Assembly: GCA_944372345.1 (NCBI GenBank)
Contig: CALVYT010000008.1
Location: 10,690 to 74,689, forward strand
Source: an uncultured Clostridia bacterium
GTDB lineage: Bacteria; Bacillota; Clostridia; Christensenellales; Pumilibacteraceae
DNA length: 64,000 nucleotides
Direction of reading: 5' to 3'
Shown here: positions 38,555 through 47,780 of the stretch, in pieces
Layout: every line of letters starts with the position of its first letter
Position numbering within the stretch: the first letter of the stretch is position 1
Program-made: the position numbers and the translations under genes
The notes under the pieces: model-generated
Databases searched by the model: none
The model's input: only the letters and a program-made list of their open reading frames with translations
What the model was told of the DNA's origin: nothing

Positions 38555-39469
38555 CGCGCCGATCGCACCTATGGGCGGATACAGGGCGTCCACCACTTTT
38601 CCGAATCCGAAAACGGAGATCAGCGCGCCCGCAAGAGCGGCGGCGAGCATTGCCTCGCCGCTCTTTCCTTTTGCCGCCGCATACCCGCGCACGGCGGAAA
38701 GCGCGCCTATCATAGTCGTGAATATCGAGCAGAGCAGGCAGACCGTATACAGCGCATACACTGTCCTCGAACCCTCTGCAAGCGACATCAGCGGCATTTC
38801 GGACGCGGGCGCGAACGGGAGCGCGCCGCATATCAGCGCGAGCAGAGCCGCTATCAGCACGGAGCCGACCGCACTCGCGGCGAGTATCTGCTTTACGCTC
38901 ATCCCCCGCTGCGTAACGAGCACTCCCGCGCCGAGCAGCAGGTTCATCGAAACGTATACGAAGCTCATCGGCAGTTCAATCAAACGCGGCGGCGCGGAAA
39001 GGTCGGCGCCCGCATGCAGGCACACGGCGGCGAGCGCGGCGACGATACACGGAACCATCGCGACGTTTGCCCGCGCCAGCCCGCGCGATCCGCTTCTTAC
39101 GACGTATATCCCGATAAGACACAGCGCGATCCCGTAAGGCAGTTCTACGCCCGTCAGAGCGCGCAGAGCGGAGTCCGTGCCCGCCATCATCGCGGACAGC
39201 ACTATCACGGCGTTGACTAGCATAGCCGCGTCCACCGCGGGTGCGAACCTGCCGAACAGTGCGCGGCAGACGTCGGGCAGCTCGCCCTTCGTCCGCGCCC
39301 CGACGAGCAGCAGGACCGCCGTCAGCACGAACATCAGCGCGCCGCAGGCTATCGGCACGACAGCGGACGGCGACATACCGAAATACGCGGCGATCTCCTG
39401 CCCGCTCGCATACCCCGCGCCTATCATCGTCCCTGTGTTTATCATCACCGCGACAACCGTTCGTTTCAT
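38204..39469 (-). CDS. YkvI-like polytopic membrane protein; the 3' end is uncertain (see finding)
   Basis: MKRTVVAVMINTGTMIGAGYASGQEI is a YkvI-type N-terminus with about 10 TM. The last roughly 116 codons are antisense to the ABC permease and non-membrane-like. Confidence 0.65.
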   Translation of the reverse strand: MKRTVVAVMINTGTMIGAGYASGQEIAAYFGMSPSAVVPIACGALMFVLTAVLLLVGARTKGELPDVCRALFGRFAPAVDAAMLVNAVIVLSAMMAGTDSALRALTGVELPYGIALCLIGIYVVRSGSRGLARANVAMVPCIVAALAAVCLHAGADLSAPPRLIELPMSFVYVSMNLLLGAGVLVTQRGMSVKQILAASAVGSVLIAALLALICGALPFAPASEMPLMSLAEGSRTVYALYTVCLLCSIFTTMIGALSAVRGYAAAKGKSGEAMLAAALAGALISVFGFGKVVDALYPPIGAIGALYLVRCAAFVLAPRVKSFRQRHRAVHKRGERAQRDRRRHDEVGLEHLPAVYDEIAQTRARYEVFAHHRTHPAEPDVDLEHGQKGGDGGGQYGVAQKLQAARAHGTEQQQFIRGGGA

Positions 39470-39521
39470 ACCCGTATTATTGTATTTGCGCGCGCTCTTA
39501 TATAGAAGCGGAAAGCGGACG

Positions 39522-39558
39522 CAAAAAGCCGCGGCTCCGCTTAGAGCGGAGCCGCGGC
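39522..39558 (-). terminator. intrinsic terminator (second of two after the XRE gene)
   Basis: GCCGCGGCTCCGC-N5-GCGGAGCCGCGGC followed by T5 on the reverse strand. Confidence 0.75.
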
Positions 39559-39630
39559 GACGACGAAACGGTAAACATACCGCCTCCCGAAAGAAAAGCA
39601 TACCGCACGGATTACCCCCCCCCCATCGGC

Positions 39631-39659
39631 AAAAAGAAAACGGCGGCAAAGTCCGCCGT
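39631..39659 (-). terminator. intrinsic terminator immediately after the XRE gene
   Basis: Reverse strand: ACGGCGG-ACTTTG-CCGCCGT followed by TTTCTTTTT. Confidence 0.65.
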
Positions 39660-39699
39660 GACCGTGACTATGCTCACCCGACGCTGCGGCTGCGCGCGG

Positions 39700-39909
39700 T
39701 CAGTAATCCTCGCGACCGAGTATATAATCCGCCGAAACGTCGAAAATATCGCAAAGCCTCGCGAGCTGCATATATGTACACTCGCATATCCCTTTCTCGT
39801 ATCTGTTGTACACCGGCTGCGAGACCCCGAGCTTCGCCGCAACATCCTTCTGCGTCAGCTCGCAAGCCAGCCTGCATTCTCTGAATTTATCCCCAACGTA
39901 TTTTTTCAT
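39700..39909 (-). CDS. XRE (Cro/C1)-family HTH protein
   Basis: 69 aa: FRECRLACELTQKDVAAKLGVSQPVYNRYEKG. Confidence 0.85.
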   Translation of the reverse strand: MKKYVGDKFRECRLACELTQKDVAAKLGVSQPVYNRYEKGICECTYMQLARLCDIFDVSADYILGREDY

Positions 39910-40121
39910 AACCCTAATTATATCCGAAAATCTAATCGAATACTATTTTTATGTAAATAATGTATAGAATGTTTCACAATCATATTTTATTTTAATTGCA
40001 TTACTTCCGCTCGCAATGAGGATTTTTTACGATATTTTTCCGCGCTCCCCCGCTCCGCTCCGCAAGAAGCGCAGATGGCGAAAATAAATAAATATTTTTT
40101 TATCGATATGCCGAAATTTAT

Positions 40122-40150
40122 TTGACAAAGCCGACCGTATATATTATACT
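40122..40150 (+). promoter_or_regulatory. sigma-A promoter of rex
   Basis: TTGACA (40122-40127), 17 nt, TATACT (40145-40150), in an AT-rich intergenic region. Confidence 0.6.
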
Positions 40151-40181
40151 GTGTGAGGAATCTGAAAGGAGGCGCACGGAT

Positions 40182-40811
40182 TTGAGTTCCAAGACGGTGT
40201 CCATACAAACGCTGCGGCGGCTGCCGTTATATCTGCACTGGCTGAGGTCGGTCAGGGACGCTCTCCCCGGGATCTCGGCGACGATGCTCGCCGACGCGCT
40301 GGGGCTCAACGACGTGCAGGTGCGCAAGGATCTCGGCTCGGTCAGCGGGAGCGGACGCCCGAAAAAGGGATACGTCACCGAAGAGCTGATAGCGGATCTC
40401 GAAGCATACCTCGGCTGCGATTCCCACTCCCCCGCGGTGCTGATAGGCGCGGGCAACCTCGGCAGGGCGCTGCTGTCTTACGACGGTTTCTCCGACTACG
40501 GTTTGGAGATCGTCGCGGCGTTCGACGCTTCCCCCTCCGTCGTCGGCACGACGGCGGGCGGCAAGACGGTGCTGCCTATGGAAAAACTCGGCGAGGTGTG
40601 CCGCAGCCGCAGCGTAAGGCTGGGGATCATAACCGTCCCCGCGGCGGGCGCGCAGAACGCCTGCGACACGCTCGTGGAGCACGGCGTCACGGCGATCTGG
40701 AATTTCGCGCCGACGACGCTCAAAGTCCCGCACGGAGTGCTCGTGGAAAACGAGAACCTCGCATCCTCCCTCGCGGTGCTCTCCAAACACCTGATAGACG
40801 GAGGGGCTTAA
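40182..40811 (+). CDS. rex: redox-sensing transcriptional repressor Rex
   Basis: TLRRLPLYLHWL...VQVRKDL...GYVTEEL...AVLIGAGNLGRAL (Rossmann). The TTG start is 8 nt after AAAGGAGG. Confidence 0.9.
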   Translation: MSSKTVSIQTLRRLPLYLHWLRSVRDALPGISATMLADALGLNDVQVRKDLGSVSGSGRPKKGYVTEELIADLEAYLGCDSHSPAVLIGAGNLGRALLSYDGFSDYGLEIVAAFDASPSVVGTTAGGKTVLPMEKLGEVCRSRSVRLGIITVPAAGAQNACDTLVEHGVTAIWNFAPTTLKVPHGVLVENENLASSLAVLSKHLIDGGA

Positions 40812-40818
40812 AAGCGGT

Positions 40819-41328
40819 ATGAACGTGATACTCACGGGGATGCCGGGCGCGGGCAAGAGCACGGCGGGCGTGCTGCTCGCAAAAACGCTGGGAATGTCGT
40901 TCATCGACACCGACCTTATATTACAGACGAACGCGGGAATGAAGTTGTGCGACATACTCGCGCTCCGCGGCGCCGAAAAGTTCGGCGAGCTGGAAAACGA
41001 GGCTCTCCTCTCCGTCGAAGCGGACAACGCGGTGATAGCTACGGGCGGGAGCGCGGTGTTCTGCGAAAGCGGTATGGCGCACCTGAAGAAAGGCGGAACG
41101 GTCGTGTATCTCGACGTTCCCCTGCCCGAGCTGGAAAAACGGCTGACGGGGATACGGACGCGCGGCGTCGTGATGAAAGAGGGCGAAACGCTCGCGCAGC
41201 TGCTGGAAGAGCGGCTGCCCTACTATGAAAGATATGCGGACGTGACCGTCCGCGAAAGCGGCGGGACGGAAGAGACCGTCGCGGCGATCGCGGAAGCGGT
41301 CGCAAGCTGCCGCGGAAAGCGGGAATAA
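40819..41328 (+). CDS. aroK: shikimate kinase
   Basis: MNVILTGMPGAGKSTAGVLLAKTLGMSFIDTD...ATGGS. Confidence 0.88.
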   Translation: MNVILTGMPGAGKSTAGVLLAKTLGMSFIDTDLILQTNAGMKLCDILALRGAEKFGELENEALLSVEADNAVIATGGSAVFCESGMAHLKKGGTVVYLDVPLPELEKRLTGIRTRGVVMKEGETLAQLLEERLPYYERYADVTVRESGGTEETVAAIAEAVASCRGKRE

Positions 41329-41330
41329 AT

Positions 41331-41351
41331 TTGTAAAACACTTTTCACCAA
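41331..41351. promoter_or_regulatory. weak candidate Rex operator in front of adhE
   Basis: TTGTAAAACACTTTTCACCAA is an imperfect inverted repeat resembling TTGTGAA-Nx-TTCACAA, but the half-site spacing is off. Confidence 0.25.
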
Positions 41352-41382
41352 AGGGTTAAGATAATTTTCGGAGGTAACTCAA

Positions 41383-43998
41383 ATGAAAGAAAACTATCCT
41401 ATCGTAGACAGCGTCGAGAAGCTCGAAGCGGCTCTTGCGAGAGTGAGAGAAGCGCAGAGAAAGTTCGCGACCTACACGCAGGAACAGGTGGACAAGATCT
41501 TCAAAGCCGCCGCCATCGCCGCCAACAAGGCGCGTATCCCTCTCGCCAAAATGGCGGTCGAGGAAACGGGAATGGGCGTCGTCGAAGACAAGGTCATCAA
41601 GAACAACTACGCGGCCGAATATATCTATAACGCGTACAAGAATACCAAAACCTGCGGCGTCATCGAAGAGGATACGGCATTCGGGCTCAAGAAGGTAGCG
41701 GAACCGCTCGGCGTCGTCGCCGCGGTCATCCCGACGACCAACCCGACGTCCACCGCGATATTCAAGACGCTCATCTGCCTTAAAACGCGCAACGGCATCA
41801 TCATCTCCCCGCACCCCCGTGCGAAGAAGTGCACGACCGAAGCGGCGAAGATCGTTCTCGAAGCGGCAGTCGAGGCGGGCGCTCCCGAGGGCATAATCGG
41901 ATGGATCGATATCCCCTCCCTCGAAATGACCAATATGCTGATGAAAGAAGCCGACGTCATACTCGCGACGGGCGGTCCCGGCATGGTCAAGTCGGCGTAT
42001 TCGAGCGGCAAACCCGCTCTCGGCGTCGGCGCGGGCAATACCCGCGCGATCATCGACGAAACGGCGGACATCATCCTCGCCGTCAACTCGATCATCCACT
42101 CCAAGACGTTCGACAACGGTATGATCTGCGCGTCCGAACAGTCCGTCATCGTCCACAAGAACGTATACGACGCCGTCAAGAAGGAATTCGCATACAGAAA
42201 CTGCTACTTCCTCAAAGGCGACGAGCTGGATAAAGTCAGAAAGACGATCATCATCAACGGCGCGCTCAACGCGAAGATCGTCGGTCAGAAGGCGCACACG
42301 ATAGCGCAGCTCGCGGGAGTGAACGTGCCCGAAAGCACGAAGATACTCATCGGCGAAGTAGAGAGCGTGGACATCAGCGAAGAGTTCGCTCACGAAAAGC
42401 TCTCCCCCGTTCTCGCGATGTACAAGGCGAAGGACATCTCCGACGCGTTCGACAAGGCGGAGCACCTCATCGCGGACGGCGGCTACGGTCACACCTCCTC
42501 GATATATCTGAACGCCGTCACCGAAAAGGCGAAACTCGCGGAGTTCTCCGAGAGAATGAAGACCTGCCGCATACTCGTCAACACTCCTTCCTCGCACGGC
42601 GGCATCGGCGACCTGTATAACTTCAAGCTCACCCCGTCGCTGACGCTCGGCTGCGGCAGCTGGGGCGGCAACAGCGTCTCCGAGAACGTCGGAGTCAAGC
42701 ACCTGATGAACATCAAAACCGTTGCGGAAAGGAGAGAGAACATGCTGTGGTTCAGAGCACCTCAGAAAGTATATTTCAAGAAGGGCTGCCTGCCCGTCGC
42801 ACTCGACGAGCTCGGCACCGTTATGGGCAAAAAGAAGGCGTTCATCGTTACGGACGGCTTCCTGTATAACAACGGTTACACCAAGCCCATCGAAAAGAAG
42901 CTGGACGAAATGGGCATAATGCACACGACGTTCTCCGACGTCGCGCCCGATCCCACCCTCGCCTGCGCCCGCGAAGGCGTCAAGCAGATGTACGAGTTCA
43001 AACCCGACTGCATCATCGCGATCGGCGGCGGCTCGGCTATGGACGCCGGCAAGATAATGTGGGTGCTTTACGAGCATCCCGAAGCGGACTTCCTCGATAT
43101 GGCGATGCGCTTCATCGATATACGCAAGCGCGTCTACACCTTCCCGAAGATGGGCGAGAAAGCGTTCTTCGTCGCGATCCCCACGTCCGCCGGTACGGGT
43201 TCGGAAGTCACGCCGTTCGCCGTCATCACGGACGAAACGACGGGCGTCAAATATCCCCTCGCCGACTACGAGCTTATGCCCAATATGGCGATCATCGACG
43301 CTGATATGATGATGAACGCGCCCAAGGGTCTGACGAGCGCGTCGGGTATCGACGCCGTGACCCACGCTCTCGAAGCCTACGCTTCCACGATGGCCACGGA
43401 CTTCACCGACGGTATCGCGCTCCGCGCCCTCAAAGTGATATTCGAATACCTGCCCCGCGCTTACGAAAACGGCGCGAACGACCCCGTCGCCCGCGAGAAA
43501 ATGGCGCACGCCGCTACTATGGCGGGTATGGCGTTCGCAAACGCGTTCCTCGGCGTATGCCACTCGATGGCGCATAAGCTCGGCGCGTTCCACCACATAC
43601 CTCACGGTATCGCGAACGCTCTGATGATCGACGAAGTCATCCGCTTCAACTCCGCCGAGCAGCCGTCCAAGATGGGCACGTTCCCGCAGTACGATCATCC
43701 GCACATCCTCGCCCGCTACGCCGAAGTCGCCGACTTCCTCGGACTTAAAGGCAAGACGGACGCCGACAAGGTGGAGAGCCTCATCAAAGCCATCGACGAG
43801 CTCAAAGTCAAGATCGGTATCAAGCCCACCATCAAGGACTACGTTGCGGACGAAAAGGACTTCCTCGACCGTCTTGACGCGATGACCGAACAGGCGTTCG
43901 ACGACCAGTGCACGGGCGCGAACCCCCGTTATCCGCTGATGAGCGAGATCAAGCAGATGTATCTCAACGCTTACTACGGCAAGCACGAGAAAGTGTGA
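41383..43998 (+). CDS. adhE: bifunctional acetaldehyde-CoA/alcohol dehydrogenase
   Basis: 871 aa: an N-terminal ALDH domain plus a C-terminal Fe-ADH (GGGSAMDAGK, HxxxH). Confidence 0.97.
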   Translation: MKENYPIVDSVEKLEAALARVREAQRKFATYTQEQVDKIFKAAAIAANKARIPLAKMAVEETGMGVVEDKVIKNNYAAEYIYNAYKNTKTCGVIEEDTAFGLKKVAEPLGVVAAVIPTTNPTSTAIFKTLICLKTRNGIIISPHPRAKKCTTEAAKIVLEAAVEAGAPEGIIGWIDIPSLEMTNMLMKEADVILATGGPGMVKSAYSSGKPALGVGAGNTRAIIDETADIILAVNSIIHSKTFDNGMICASEQSVIVHKNVYDAVKKEFAYRNCYFLKGDELDKVRKTIIINGALNAKIVGQKAHTIAQLAGVNVPESTKILIGEVESVDISEEFAHEKLSPVLAMYKAKDISDAFDKAEHLIADGGYGHTSSIYLNAVTEKAKLAEFSERMKTCRILVNTPSSHGGIGDLYNFKLTPSLTLGCGSWGGNSVSENVGVKHLMNIKTVAERRENMLWFRAPQKVYFKKGCLPVALDELGTVMGKKKAFIVTDGFLYNNGYTKPIEKKLDEMGIMHTTFSDVAPDPTLACAREGVKQMYEFKPDCIIAIGGGSAMDAGKIMWVLYEHPEADFLDMAMRFIDIRKRVYTFPKMGEKAFFVAIPTSAGTGSEVTPFAVITDETTGVKYPLADYELMPNMAIIDADMMMNAPKGLTSASGIDAVTHALEAYASTMATDFTDGIALRALKVIFEYLPRAYENGANDPVAREKMAHAATMAGMAFANAFLGVCHSMAHKLGAFHHIPHGIANALMIDEVIRFNSAEQPSKMGTFPQYDHPHILARYAEVADFLGLKGKTDADKVESLIKAIDELKVKIGIKPTIKDYVADEKDFLDRLDAMTEQAFDDQCTGANPRYPLMSEIKQMYLNAYYGKHEKV

Positions 43999-44041
43999 TC
44001 GAACCGTCGCTTTAACGTAAAAGTATAAAGGGAAACGAACT

Positions 44042-44091
44042 GAAATGCACCCCCTAAAGTTTTGTCTAACTTTTGGGGTGCATTTCCTTTT
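44042..44091. terminator. bidirectional terminator between adhE and glgA
   Basis: GAAATGCACCCC...GGGGTGCATTTC with an inner AAAGTT/AACTTT pairing. Confidence 0.75.
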
Positions 44092-44122
44092 TATCCGGCG
44101 TTTTTATTTATATTGCGTTCTT

Positions 44123-45700
44123 TTATTTTGCGCGGGCGATCATATCCTTATAAAGCTCTATATACTTCTTCGCGCTTGCCGTCCACGACCAGTCCTCCGT
44201 CATCGCGCGGTGCATTATCGCCGCCCAGCGGGGTCTGTCGCGGTATGCTTCGAGCGCGCGCAGAGTCGTATCGGCAAGAGCTTCGCCGGTATGCACCGGG
44301 CAGACGAAACCGTTGCCGTCCTCGCCTTCGCGCACCGTGTCGTTGAGCCCGCCGACGTTGCGCACGACGGGGATCGTGCCGTAGCGCATAGCCATCATCT
44401 GACCGAGCCCGCACGGCTCGCTGTGCGAGGGCATCATATATATGTCGCCCGCCGCGAACATCTTCTGGCTGAGATCCTTATTGAACGCTATGACGGCGCG
44501 CGCCTTGTCGGGATACGCCTCCTGCAAGTCGCGGAAGAATCCCTCGTATTCGGGTTCGCCCGTACCGAGTATGACAAACTGCACGTCCTCTTTGATTATC
44601 CTCGGCATTGCCTGTTTGAGTATATCCAGCCCTTTGTGCCACGCAAGGCGGGAGACCATCGTTATCATCGGGACGTCCTCGCGCTCGGGCAGTCCGAGGA
44701 GCTTCTGCAAGCCCGTTTTATTGAGCGTTTTCTTTTCGGGGCACGCCGCGTCGTAATGCTCGAACAGCGCGGGCGCGGTCGCGGGATTATACACGACGGT
44801 GTCTATGCCGTTGAGTATGCCCGTCATCTTATGCTCGAAACGACGGCACGCGTCCTGCAAGCCGCACGCGTGCTCGGGACTTTTGAGTTCCTCGGCATAG
44901 GTGCGAGAAACGGTGGAAATACGATCGGAATACGCCATAGCGCCGAACAGGAGATTGACGCAGCCGCCCCATTCGAGGGTAAAATACTGGTTGCCCGAGA
45001 TCCCGAACACCTCCTGCAAAAGATTGCCGTCGTACTTGCCCTGATACTCGATATTGTGTATCGTGATGAGGTTCTGTATGTAGCTGTAAGCATTGCCCTC
45101 GGCGTACATATAATACAGCTTGTAATATATCGGCACGAGAGCGGTGTGCCAGTCGTTGGAATGGATCACGTCTGGTTTGAAGTCCATATACGGCATAAGT
45201 TCGAGCACCGCGCGGCAGAAGAACGCGTAACGCTCCGCGTCGTCGTAATATCCGTATATCCCGCCGCGCTTGAAGTAATACTCGTTGTCGATGAAGTAGT
45301 ACGTCACGCCGCGGTAGACGTATCTGAACAGCCCCGCGTACTGGCTGCGCCACGCGACGGGCACGTTGATGTGACAGACGAACTCGAAGTCCCTGCGGTA
45401 CTGCTCGCCCACGCATTCGTAGAGCGGAGTCACGACCGCCATTTCCGCCGTACCGAGCTCGTTCACCGCTATGGGCAGAGAGCTCGCCACTTCGCCCAGT
45501 CCGCCCGTCTGCGAGAACGGATTGCACTCGCCCGCCACGAGCAGTATGCGCGGCTTCTTTATGTCGTTGCCCGCGGGCGACAGCCGCGGCTTTCTCGGCG
45601 CGCGGGTCGTAGTCGTTTTTGCCGCGGGCTTCGCGGTTTTCGCCGCCGTCTGCGCCGACGACTTCTTCTCCCCGGCTGCCGTCGTTTTCTTCGTTGCCAT
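44123..45700 (-). CDS. glgA: glycogen synthase with a roughly 50-aa Lys/Ala/Thr-rich N-terminal extension
   Basis: ILLVAGECNPFSQTGGLGEV is the GlgA KTGGL-type motif. 525 aa against the usual roughly 480. Confidence 0.92.
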   Translation of the reverse strand: MATKKTTAAGEKKSSAQTAAKTAKPAAKTTTTRAPRKPRLSPAGNDIKKPRILLVAGECNPFSQTGGLGEVASSLPIAVNELGTAEMAVVTPLYECVGEQYRRDFEFVCHINVPVAWRSQYAGLFRYVYRGVTYYFIDNEYYFKRGGIYGYYDDAERYAFFCRAVLELMPYMDFKPDVIHSNDWHTALVPIYYKLYYMYAEGNAYSYIQNLITIHNIEYQGKYDGNLLQEVFGISGNQYFTLEWGGCVNLLFGAMAYSDRISTVSRTYAEELKSPEHACGLQDACRRFEHKMTGILNGIDTVVYNPATAPALFEHYDAACPEKKTLNKTGLQKLLGLPEREDVPMITMVSRLAWHKGLDILKQAMPRIIKEDVQFVILGTGEPEYEGFFRDLQEAYPDKARAVIAFNKDLSQKMFAAGDIYMMPSHSEPCGLGQMMAMRYGTIPVVRNVGGLNDTVREGEDGNGFVCPVHTGEALADTTLRALEAYRDRPRWAAIMHRAMTEDWSWTASAKKYIELYKDMIARAK

Positions 45701-45701
45701 A

Positions 45702-47675
45702 TTATTTATCCTCCTTATCCGCCGCTGCGGCGGCTTTCTTCGTTTTCTTCGCCGCAGTCTTGCGCGCGGCGGATCCGGACGCGGACTTCGCGCTCTTTTT
45801 CGCCTTTTTCGCCGGTTTCGGCTCGCAGGGCGGAGCGAGGAATATGTATCCGCTCATATTTTCTATATCCATAACAAGGCTGTCCGTCTTGTTGCGGTTG
45901 GGCACTTCTTCGGACTCGATCACGACGGGCTCCATATCCCAGCCGTAATAGGACGTCTTTATGCGACGCGTATACGTTCCCGGGCTGACCGGCAGACGAT
46001 AGCCCTTCCAGTCGCAGGGCGCGAAGTTGAGCACGACGAGCGCGCGGTTACCCGCGCGGTCGCGGCGTTCGTAAATGAACACGTTGGCGTCCGCGTCGTC
46101 GGCGACGAGCCACTCGAAACCGTCCCAGCTGTTCTCTATCTCATAGAGCGCGGGGGTCGTGCGGTATATCCAGTTGAGCTCCTTGACGAACCTCTGCAAG
46201 CCCTGGTGCTTGGGGAACTCGCAGAGCAGCCAGTCTATGTCGCGCTGCCAGTTCCACTCCGACCACTGACCGAGCTCGCAGCCCATAAACAGCAGTTTCT
46301 TGCCGGGGTGCGTGAACATATACAGCAGATAGTTCTGCACGCCCGCGAATTTAAGGTCGTAATCGCCCGGCATCTTGTTTATCAGCGAGCCTTTACCGTA
46401 TACCACTTCATCGTGAGAAATAGGCAGCACGTAGTTCTCCGAGAACGCGTACGCCATAGAGAACGTCATCAGATTATGCTTGTAGTGGCGGAAATACGGG
46501 TCGGCTTTGACGTATTGCAGAGTGTCGTTCATCCACCCCATGTTCCACTTGAAGTTGAAGCCCAGTCCGCCCCAGTCCGCGGGCTTGGTGACCATCGGCC
46601 ACGCCGTGGACTCTTCCGCTATCATCAGCGCGTTGGGGAAATGCCCGAACACCGCGGTGTTCAGCGTGCGGAAGAAGTCGATCGCTTCGAGGTTCTCCCT
46701 GCCGCCGTACCTGTTGGGCTCCCACTCGCTCCTGCCGTAGTCGAGATAGAGCATGCTCGCGACGGCGTCCACGCGCAATCCGTCTATGTGGTATTTGTCG
46801 AACCACATCATCGCGTTGGATACGAGGAAGCTCTTGACCTCGTTCCTGCCGTAGTCGAAGCACATTGTGCCCCACTCCTTATGCTCGGCGCGCAGCGGGT
46901 GCGACGGCTCGTAGCAAGGCTCGCCGTCGAACATATACAGCCCGTGCTCGTCCTTGGGGAAATGCCCCGGCACCCAGTCGAGAATGACCGCTATTCCGTT
47001 CTCGTGGCACTTGTTGACGAGATACGCGAAGTCCTCGGGGCGGCCGTAGCGCGACGTGGGCGCGTAATACCCCGTCACCTGATAACCCCAGCTCCCGTCG
47101 TAGGGATGCTCCGCTATGCCCATCAGTTCGAGATGGGTGAAGTTCATATACTTCATATAGTATACGATCTCGTCCGCGAACTTGCGGTAGTCGTAATTGT
47201 TGCCGTCAGGGTATTTGCGCCACGAAGCGATGTTGCATTCGTAAATGCTTATCGGCGAGGAATACGGGTCCGTCTTCGCCCGCTTTTCCAGCCACTCTTC
47301 GTCGTTCCACCAGAAGTTGTCGAGCGCGATGACCTTGCTCGCCGTGCTGCCCCGCGTTTCGTCGAAGAACGCGTAAGGGTCAGCCTTTTCCACTTCCGTG
47401 CCGTTCCTGCCGCGGACGCAGTATTTGTACATCTGGTATTCCTCGACCCCGTCGATGATACCCTCGAAAATGCCGCCGTCCGTTATACGGAACATATAGT
47501 TCGCCGTGCGATCCCAGTAGTTGAAATCGCCGACGACGGATACCGACGTAGCGTGAGGCGCCCAAACGCGGAACACAGCCCGCTTTGTCTTTCTGTCGTA
47601 GTGGCAGCCGAGGTATTCGTATGCCGTCTGCAACGTGCCTGCGTGGAAATAGTATTGATATTCGCTGTCTGTCAT
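45702..47675 (-). CDS. glgB: 1,4-alpha-glucan branching enzyme with a Lys/Ala-rich C-terminal tail
   Basis: GH13 motifs (DWVPGHF, GLRVDAV, EESTAW, SHDEV). The tail reads PKPAKKAKKSAKSASGSAARKTAAKKTKKAAAAADKEDK. Confidence 0.93.
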   Translation of the reverse strand: MTDSEYQYYFHAGTLQTAYEYLGCHYDRKTKRAVFRVWAPHATSVSVVGDFNYWDRTANYMFRITDGGIFEGIIDGVEEYQMYKYCVRGRNGTEVEKADPYAFFDETRGSTASKVIALDNFWWNDEEWLEKRAKTDPYSSPISIYECNIASWRKYPDGNNYDYRKFADEIVYYMKYMNFTHLELMGIAEHPYDGSWGYQVTGYYAPTSRYGRPEDFAYLVNKCHENGIAVILDWVPGHFPKDEHGLYMFDGEPCYEPSHPLRAEHKEWGTMCFDYGRNEVKSFLVSNAMMWFDKYHIDGLRVDAVASMLYLDYGRSEWEPNRYGGRENLEAIDFFRTLNTAVFGHFPNALMIAEESTAWPMVTKPADWGGLGFNFKWNMGWMNDTLQYVKADPYFRHYKHNLMTFSMAYAFSENYVLPISHDEVVYGKGSLINKMPGDYDLKFAGVQNYLLYMFTHPGKKLLFMGCELGQWSEWNWQRDIDWLLCEFPKHQGLQRFVKELNWIYRTTPALYEIENSWDGFEWLVADDADANVFIYERRDRAGNRALVVLNFAPCDWKGYRLPVSPGTYTRRIKTSYYGWDMEPVVIESEEVPNRNKTDSLVMDIENMSGYIFLAPPCEPKPAKKAKKSAKSASGSAARKTAAKKTKKAAAAADKEDK

Positions 47676-47780
47676 TATCTTCCCCCTTTAAGGTCTTTGC
47701 TCTGTATTATGCGGACAAGCGCCCGCTTAAAAACATTATAACATAAAAGCCCGCGCATTTCAAGGGGGCTCGGTAAAATT

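Noticed and set aside
39955-39985. A Rex operator in the AT-rich region upstream of rex (TTCACAA half-site at about 39971).
   Set aside because: The partner half-site at the 4-nt spacing (GTATAGA) matches TTGTGAA at only 3 of 7 positions.
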